The notes under the pieces are model-generated. The model made no database searches. It worked only from the letters and a program-made list of their open reading frames with translations, and was not told where the DNA came from. DNA of 64,000 nucleotides. Source: an uncultured Thermoplasmata archaeon (GTDB lineage Archaea > Thermoplasmatota > Thermoplasmata > RBG-16-68-12). The stretch's first letter is position 1. Each line of letters starts with the position of its first letter. A program made the translations under genes and the position numbers. Shown piece after piece: positions 57,967-64,000 of the stretch. The stretch is taken from contig CAVYJM010000017.1 of assembly GCA_963768855.1 (NCBI GenBank), forward strand, positions 87,615 to 151,614, written 5' to 3'.

Positions 57967-58257
57967 ATGTCTGAGGACGAAAAGGGGCACGAATTCAAGG
58001 CCGAGGAGATCAAGGAAATCCTGAACGTCGTCGGGGAGAAGATCCCGGCCCTCCTGAATGGCCTGACGGATTCGATCTATGGAAAGGAGGCGTCCGCGAA
58101 GTTCGGAACGGCGGTCGCGAACTTCTTCAGGACGCTGAAGGACAGCGGGATGACGGACGAGCAGGCCTTCAAGCTCACGGAGCAGTACATGTCATCCCTG
58201 AACCTGGGCGGCATGATCGCGAAGGCGATCTCGCACCGCGGCGAAAGCGAGGAGTGA
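57967..58257 (+). CDS. Hypothetical protein
   Basis: GAGGTGA SD, normal codon use, operonic. Confidence 0.65.
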   Translation: MSEDEKGHEFKAEEIKEILNVVGEKIPALLNGLTDSIYGKEASAKFGTAVANFFRTLKDSGMTDEQAFKLTEQYMSSLNLGGMIAKAISHRGESEE

Positions 58258-58499
58258 TGGCTCTGGACTCGGGCGACGTGCCCGTCGTGATCGCGGCGGC
58301 CGTCCCGATCCTGGCCATGCAAGTCAGCGTGGGCTTCCTGCGGTTCCAAGTGCGCCGCAAGCGCGGGGTGCGCCGGTTCCGCCGCGCCTTGATTCGCGGC
58401 GGCCTGCCGAAAAACCAGGCCGCCCGTCTGGCCCAAGCCTACCATGACGCCGGTTCCCTGCGGCTCATCCTCCGCGGGGCCGGCCTTTCCCGATCGTGA
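58257..58499 (+). CDS. Small membrane-anchored basic protein
   Basis: TGATG overlap with the upstream gene, one TM followed by an Arg-rich segment. Confidence 0.55.
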   Translation: MALDSGDVPVVIAAAVPILAMQVSVGFLRFQVRRKRGVRRFRRALIRGGLPKNQAARLAQAYHDAGSLRLILRGAGLSRS

Positions 58500-58551
58500 G
58501 GCGGGCGGCGCAGGCGAGCCTTAAGGACCGGGCCGCGTTACCGCCGGCGCC

Positions 58552-60234
58552 ATGATCGAGCCCGCATCGAAGGCGGAACGAGAAGCGTTCGAGCTGTGGA
58601 AGAGGCTGCGGCCCGACGAGGCGTACGTGGCCGGTCTCCCGGAGTCGGCAGGCCAGTTCTTCATCCCCACCGAAGCGAACGTGCGCCGCGTGAGGCAGCA
58701 GATCGCCCGGATCCGGCGGAGCACGAAGGACGTCACGACCCGCAAGTTCCTCGCGAGCCTCGAGGCCGAGCTCACCCTGCCGGATCCGTCCCGGATGCCG
58801 GAGAGCATGGTCGCCTCCCTCTTCGGATACATGATCAAGGAAGGCGTGGAAGCGGGGCACATCCGGTCCCTCGCGGTCGCGGGGACGAAGGCCCTTGAGG
58901 CCCAGCGCCGCCGCTACGGGGGGAAGAAGTGGCCACCCGGGATGCGGGCGCTCGTCCAGCTCAGCGCGTCCGGGCTCACGGAGATCGTGGACATCATCGA
59001 GAAGCAGCTCCAGCTCGGCTCCGGAAATGAGGCGGCCCTCCGGGCCGTGGCCTCCCTGAGGAAGGCGCTGGACCGGTACCGAAAGGCGTTCGAGCTGCCC
59101 GGCTTCCGTCCCGAGGCAACGTTCGAGGAGACGTACGAGTTCTTGAAGGAGACGGGCGCCGAGCTCGGGCGCGCGCGGACGTATCCTCGGGCCCTCCGGG
59201 ACCTGTGGGACTTCTCCGAGACGCCCCGGCAGGTCGAGTCCGCGGGACTCCGGATGATGCGGCGCGAGCTCCCCCGCTTCCAGGCCGTGACCGTCGCCAT
59301 GGCGGGAGAGCTCCACTGCGATCCGACCGCGGAGGGCGTCGGGAAGGCCCTGAAGGCGAAGGCGGGCCTGCGGCCGGACCAGATCCTCCCGTTCCTGAAC
59401 GCGGTCCGCGGCCCCTGCCAGCGCGTCGCGGACAAGCATGTCGTCGCGATCAACCCGCACTACACGACACTCGTCATCGAGACGCCGCCGTACTTCGCGA
59501 ACACGACGCCCTCCGGGGCGGCGTACAGCATCGACAGCCTCACGGAGCACTCCAAGGAGGTCTTCATGGCGACGACGGACGAGCGGAGCGCCGCACGACC
59601 CGCGCCGGGAGACCTCGTCAGCCTCTTGGTCCACGAGGAGTACGGCCACTGCGTCCACGGCTCCAACTCGTCCAACGCCTTCGCGGGACGGCCCACCCTC
59701 CTGGACGTCCTCGGCTCCCCCCTCGGGTGCGTCTCGGAGGGGATCGCCTTCCAGCGCGAGCTCGAGTTCCTGCCCGTGATGAACGGCATCCTGTCGGGAC
59801 GCCTTGACGGACCGGAGGAGCGGGCGTTCGCGGAGTCCCTCGAACCCTGGGGCGGCCTGACCGCCGTCGCGCGGCAGTACGAGTTCCTCACGTACATGTG
59901 GCGGATGACGCGCTTCCTGCGGGTCATCGGAGATGCGCGGATCAACTCGGGGAAGCAGGACATCATGGAGTTCGTGGACTGGGCGCACAAGGTGACGGGC
60001 CTGGAGAAGGCGACCGTCTACTACAACGTCTTCCCGGCCCACCAGATCCTCGGCGCAGGCTACGCGGCCACGTACGCGATCATCGGGGAGCGCATCCGCG
60101 CGATCCAAGAGGATGCGATGAAGCGCGGGATCCCGCTCCGCGAGCTGAACGCCTACGGGTGCTCGATCGGATGGCCGCCGAAGTCCGTGTTCGAGGCGAA
60201 GCTCCGCGCGTGGGTCCGGGAGAAATCCCGCTGA
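58552..60234 (+). CDS. DUF885-like metal-dependent protein
   Basis: LVHEEYGHCVH and EGIAFQRE resemble the DUF885 HExxxGH / EGWA motifs. Confidence 0.6.
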   Translation: MIEPASKAEREAFELWKRLRPDEAYVAGLPESAGQFFIPTEANVRRVRQQIARIRRSTKDVTTRKFLASLEAELTLPDPSRMPESMVASLFGYMIKEGVEAGHIRSLAVAGTKALEAQRRRYGGKKWPPGMRALVQLSASGLTEIVDIIEKQLQLGSGNEAALRAVASLRKALDRYRKAFELPGFRPEATFEETYEFLKETGAELGRARTYPRALRDLWDFSETPRQVESAGLRMMRRELPRFQAVTVAMAGELHCDPTAEGVGKALKAKAGLRPDQILPFLNAVRGPCQRVADKHVVAINPHYTTLVIETPPYFANTTPSGAAYSIDSLTEHSKEVFMATTDERSAARPAPGDLVSLLVHEEYGHCVHGSNSSNAFAGRPTLLDVLGSPLGCVSEGIAFQRELEFLPVMNGILSGRLDGPEERAFAESLEPWGGLTAVARQYEFLTYMWRMTRFLRVIGDARINSGKQDIMEFVDWAHKVTGLEKATVYYNVFPAHQILGAGYAATYAIIGERIRAIQEDAMKRGIPLRELNAYGCSIGWPPKSVFEAKLRAWVREKSR

Positions 60235-60257
60235 GAGACGCCCCGTGCACAGGGGCG

Positions 60258-60890
60258 CTAATCGTCCTCGGAGCCCATCGCGAGAGTCCCGGTGGTCAGG
60301 ATCTCGGCGACCTTGCGGCCCCGGCGCGGCTGGCTCCCGCGGCCGAGGCCCCGGAAGTCGATCGTCCGCACCGCGCTCCCGTGGAGGCCGCTCGCGTAGC
60401 CCTCGACGGCCTCTCGGTACTCCAAGGAGAGGAGGTCCACGACGTCCGGCGGATGCACGGCCTCGAGGTACTCGTGGAGGATCAATGGGAGACCGTGGTC
60501 CCGCCACCAGCGGTTCAGCTTCCCCAGGCGCTCCACCGACTCCGCCATGGACAGGTCGTAGGCCACGACGGGGTCGCGGGATGCGACGACGCCGTACAGC
60601 CCGGAGACGACGAGCACCTCGACGCCCGGGACCCGACCCGCCCATGCCTCCTCGCCGATCGCGCGGTACATGTTGCCGCGGTAGCGCTGGAACGCAGGGA
60701 GTAGCTCGTCGGGATGCGGCACGGAGTCCGGGGCCGCCTTGCGCACCTGCTCCTGCAGGAGGGTGAGTCGCCGCCGGGCGTCCCGCGGCAGGGAGTCCTC
60801 GAACCCGGGCGTGCGGGCGGAGACCGGTTCGCCGCCTTTCGCCTTGCGCGTGCTCTCGGGGATTAGGACGACGGTCCGGATGACGTCCAT
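60258..60890 (-). CDS. YaaA/DUF328-like peroxide-stress protein
   Basis: LIPESTRK, LLPAFQRYRGNMY, VLVVSGLYGVV...AYDLSM, VDLLSLEY. Confidence 0.78.
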   Translation of the reverse strand: MDVIRTVVLIPESTRKAKGGEPVSARTPGFEDSLPRDARRRLTLLQEQVRKAAPDSVPHPDELLPAFQRYRGNMYRAIGEEAWAGRVPGVEVLVVSGLYGVVASRDPVVAYDLSMAESVERLGKLNRWWRDHGLPLILHEYLEAVHPPDVVDLLSLEYREAVEGYASGLHGSAVRTIDFRGLGRGSQPRRGRKVAEILTTGTLAMGSEDD

Positions 60891-61065
60891 ACCCGCGCTA
60901 AGCCGCGGATCCGGAAAAGCTCTTCCCCTGCACCCCACGTCACGTCCATCCGATGTGTTTTCGTTCGGAGATGACGCGAACCCCGCACATCCGAGCATTG
61001 TCACCGGATCTATTGGGAGCAGGATTATAACGGCAAGCCGCTCTCGAACCGCTGGGGAAGCCCAT

Positions 61066-61494
61066 ATGGTAAGAGTGAAGGACGACGGAGTCTTCGACGC
61101 GCCAATCGAGAAGATCTGGAAATACCTGGGGGACGACTCGCCGGGGGTCCACAACCACCAAGCGATCCTCGGGTCCAAGACCGTGGAGAACCGCGGCAAC
61201 GAAATCGTCCAAGAGTGGGAGATGCAGAATCCCGACGGGAAGACGACCCGGAAGGAGACCTGGCGGATGGTTATGAACCCACCCAAGGGCTTCGAGATGG
61301 AGTCCCTCGCGGGAGCCTCCAAGGGCACGAAGTACACCAACCGGTATTCGGCCATCGGCGGAAAGACCCGGGTCGAGGTGGAGGGCGACTTCCACTTCCA
61401 GGGAATGGACGAAGCCTCGACGCGGAAGGCAGCCCTCGGGTTCCTAGCCCAGGTATTCGACGAGGACAACGCGGCGCTGAAGAAGTACAAGTGA
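61066..61494 (+). CDS. SRPBCC-like protein
   Basis: GVFDAPIEKIWKYL start, beta-rich core, C-terminal helix. Confidence 0.7.
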   Translation: MVRVKDDGVFDAPIEKIWKYLGDDSPGVHNHQAILGSKTVENRGNEIVQEWEMQNPDGKTTRKETWRMVMNPPKGFEMESLAGASKGTKYTNRYSAIGGKTRVEVEGDFHFQGMDEASTRKAALGFLAQVFDEDNAALKKYK

Positions 61495-61556
61495 GCGCCC
61501 ATCGTCGACTTCGTAAACAGCAAAGGGGAAGTCCGCAGACGTCCCGTTCGGGGACC

Positions 61557-61931
61557 GTGACGGTTCCTTTCGGGAAGCTCGAGTACCTCTACGTGGGCAC
61601 CGCGGACTTCGAGCGGGACCTCGCCTACTACCGGGAGGTCCTCGGGGCGACGGTCGCCTGGAACCTCGAGGGCTTCGGCGCCCACGTGGCCGCCCTCCGG
61701 CTCGGCAAGGGGCCGCTCCTCCTGCTGGCAGACCACCGGCCCGCTCCGAGCTGCCTCCTCCTGTATTCCGTGGAGGACCTGAAGGGGACCGTGAAGGAGC
61801 TTCGGAAGCACGGCTGGAAATCGGATGGGCGGTCGTTCGAGATCCCGAACGGCCCCTGCCTCGTGTTCGACGATCCGAGCGGCAACCGCCTCGGGATCTT
61901 CCAGAACGACCGGCCCCAGCCTTTCGAGTGA
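61557..61931 (+). CDS. VOC-family protein
   Basis: LYVGTADFERDLAYYREVLG, FEIPNGPCLVFDDPSGNRLGI. Confidence 0.82.
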   Translation: MTVPFGKLEYLYVGTADFERDLAYYREVLGATVAWNLEGFGAHVAALRLGKGPLLLLADHRPAPSCLLLYSVEDLKGTVKELRKHGWKSDGRSFEIPNGPCLVFDDPSGNRLGIFQNDRPQPFE

Positions 61932-61934
61932 CGA

Positions 61935-62267
61935 TCAGCCCTTCGCTTCTTTGAGGCGCTTCAGGAGCACGAGGAGCTCCTTGAGCGTCTGCGCGTCCCC
62001 GCGCTGCTGGGCCACGACGACGCCCTTACCCCACGTCTCCTCGGCGTCCCGCCGCCGGCCCGCGTCCCGCTGCGATTTGCCCAGCTCGCGGTAGGCCGCG
62101 GCGTAGTCCGGGAGGATCCGAAGGGCCTTCTCGAACGCGTCGATCGCATCGAGATGGCGCTGGAGCTTCGCGTACTCCATGCCTAGGACGTAATAGCCCA
62201 CGGGATCGTCGGGCTCGGCGCGGATCCCTTCCTTCAGGACTCTGATCCGGTCCTCCGGCGCGGACAT
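61935..62267 (-). CDS. Small TPR protein
   Basis: PDDPVGYYVLGMEY, PDYAAAYRELGK, AEETWGKG. Confidence 0.8.
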   Translation of the reverse strand: MSAPEDRIRVLKEGIRAEPDDPVGYYVLGMEYAKLQRHLDAIDAFEKALRILPDYAAAYRELGKSQRDAGRRRDAEETWGKGVVVAQQRGDAQTLKELLVLLKRLKEAKG

Positions 62268-62336
62268 GGACACCCGGAACACGAACGCCTCGCGAGGCCA
62301 AGAACCCTCCCTTTCCGCGAATCCCTCGTCGGCGGC

Positions 62337-63626
62337 TCAGCGGCGCTTTGAGGCGAGCTCGTGCAGCGCCCGCAGGAGGGTGGACGCGTCGCCGGGCGTG
62401 TTGTAGTGGACGTAAGTCGCCCGCATCGCCGTCTCCAGGCCGTACAGGCGCGGGACGCGGGAGAAATAGTCCTCCGCACCGACCGCGAGCCCGTACCGGT
62501 CGTACAGAATCTGCGAAAGGGCGGGGTCCTCGTAGCCCGCGAGCTTGAACGTGAACGTCGGGTCGCGACCGAGGTCGCGCGGCGCGTCGCGGGGGCCGTA
62601 CAGCGTGAGGCCGGGGACTTCCGGGAGCCCGGGCCAGCGGCCGTCTCCCTCCAGGAGAGACCGGTTCAGACCTTCCTCGTAGGTCTCGATCAGGGCCATC
62701 GCCTTCCGCAGGCGGGCGGCGCGTTGGCGGCCGGGCCTCGCGGGTCCTTTCGCGGCGGGGGAGCCCAGGGACGCGAGGTAGTCGATCGCGCCGCCGATCG
62801 CGGCGAAGAGTGCCTGGTCCCGGGTTCCCCACTCCCACTTCTCGGGCCCGTGCTTTGGCGACGGGTCGACCTTGTAGGGCCACAGGTCCTCCACGAGGTC
62901 GGGGCGAAGATAGAGGAAGCTCCCGTGGCGGGAGAAGAGCTTGTATCCCGAGAACACGAGGGCGTCGACCCCTGCCGCGCGGACGTCCGTGGGCCCGTGA
63001 GCCACATGGTGCACCGCGTCGACGACGAGGACAGCTCCCGCGTCGTGCGCCATCCGCGCGATCTCGCGGAGCGGAGAACGGGTCCCGAGAAAGTTGGAGG
63101 CCGCGGCGACAGCGACCACCTTCGTCTTGCCGTCGATCCGGCGGGCGAGATCCTCCAGGTCCAGCAGGTAACTCGCCGTGTCGAACTTGGCGAAGCGCAC
63201 CTCGCGAATCTTCCCGATGCGCGCGAGTTCCTCCCACGGGCTCACGTTCGCGAAGTGCTCGTACGCCGTCATCACGACGTTCTCGCCCCCGGTGAACGTG
63301 CGGCCGAGGGCGTAGCTCAGGGAGAACAAGAGGCTCGTGGCGGATTCGCCGGAGACGATCGCCTCCGGGGTGCCGGCGTTCAGGAAGTCCGAGACCGCCT
63401 CCCGTCCTGCGAGGATCGTGGCCTCCGCGCCCTTGGACTCCGGGAACACGTTGCCTGTATTCGCGCTCCAGTCGATCCGCGCCCGGGCTTCTCGCTCCGC
63501 CGCCGCGCGGCAGACGAGGGTCCCGGCCCCGTTGTCGAGGAAGGCACGCGGCCGGCCCGTCGCGTCCTTCGAGGCCGAGGGGAACTGCCGGCGGATCCGC
63601 GCCAGGAGACGCGCGTCGATGGGCAC
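62337..63626 (-). CDS. Class V PLP enzyme, cysteine-desulfurase-like (Rv3778c type)
   Basis: FLDNGAGT, EHFANVSPW, VDAVH, FSGYKLF (PLP Lys), HYNT. Confidence 0.85.
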   Translation of the reverse strand: MPIDARLLARIRRQFPSASKDATGRPRAFLDNGAGTLVCRAAAEREARARIDWSANTGNVFPESKGAEATILAGREAVSDFLNAGTPEAIVSGESATSLLFSLSYALGRTFTGGENVVMTAYEHFANVSPWEELARIGKIREVRFAKFDTASYLLDLEDLARRIDGKTKVVAVAAASNFLGTRSPLREIARMAHDAGAVLVVDAVHHVAHGPTDVRAAGVDALVFSGYKLFSRHGSFLYLRPDLVEDLWPYKVDPSPKHGPEKWEWGTRDQALFAAIGGAIDYLASLGSPAAKGPARPGRQRAARLRKAMALIETYEEGLNRSLLEGDGRWPGLPEVPGLTLYGPRDAPRDLGRDPTFTFKLAGYEDPALSQILYDRYGLAVGAEDYFSRVPRLYGLETAMRATYVHYNTPGDASTLLRALHELASKRR

Positions 63627-63709
63627 GGACCGCGGTAACCCGCGTGGGTTGATAAGGCCTCAGGGGTCCCTGGCTAAGCTGATATCCGGGTTCGGTCTCC
63701 CTGACGGGC

Positions 63710-64000
63710 GTGAATCCGGATCCCCGGCGAGTCTTCACGGAGCGGGTGAAGGAGATCGATCCGATCTTCAAGGCAGGAGACCTGGAACGGTTCTGGCCCG
63801 CGCTTCGGGAGCTCGTCGCCATGGCGCCCGAGCAGCAGGAGCTCTCGCTGAAGAAGTCGCACTACCTCACGAGCCTCGCCGCCCGCTCCCTCATCCGCAA
63901 TGATCCGCGGACCGCACTCGACTTCCTCGAGTTCGCGGATCGGGAAGTCAACCGCGAGCACCTGACGCCGTTCCTGATCCGCGAGCGCGAGGACTTCCGC
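63710..64000 (+). CDS. Hypothetical protein (runs off the window)
   Basis: Open frame from GTG 63710: MNPDPRRVFTERVKEIDPIFKAGDLERFW..., normal codon use. Confidence 0.55.
   Translation, partial: MNPDPRRVFTERVKEIDPIFKAGDLERFWPALRELVAMAPEQQELSLKKSHYLTSLAARSLIRNDPRTALDFLEFADREVNREHLTPFLIREREDFR

Overview
High-GC (about 68% by eye) archaeal window, most likely Thermoplasmata, judged from the Thermoplasma-type zinc ferredoxin, Topo VI and TATA-like leaderless starts. Core genes: carbamate kinase (partial), top6B/top6A, a four-subunit 2-oxoacid:ferredoxin oxidoreductase, tRNA-Arg(GCG), adk, an ABC-2 exporter, GTP-PEPCK, Lhr helicase, a sulfurtransferase, KamA, OsmC and several small enzymes. Four unusual loci stand out. 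(1) The 3' end of the sulfurtransferase gene occurs three times in direct orientation (40452-40596, 41244-41385, 45354-45388). The copies bracket two cargo blocks, a RelE-type toxin-antitoxin pair and a wHTH-STAND-TPR gene with a divergent secreted protein, and no integrase is visible. This looks like serial cassette integration into a protein-coding gene. (2) A roughly 55% GC patch has both borders inside genes: the C-terminus of a 1543-aa secreted Ca-binding-repeat protein, an abutting orphan ORF and the 5' end of lhr. This resembles a polymorphic toxin/immunity swap. (3) A pyrrolysine-free MttB/corrinoid/MFS cluster, with a third MttB elsewhere and candidate structured RNAs on both sides of the cluster. 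(4) A GcvH-like protein with Arg at the lipoyl-Lys position, fused to a TusA-like domain. No CRISPR array, integrase, transposase, reverse transcriptase or rRNA was seen. All family calls come from motif recognition, not database searches.
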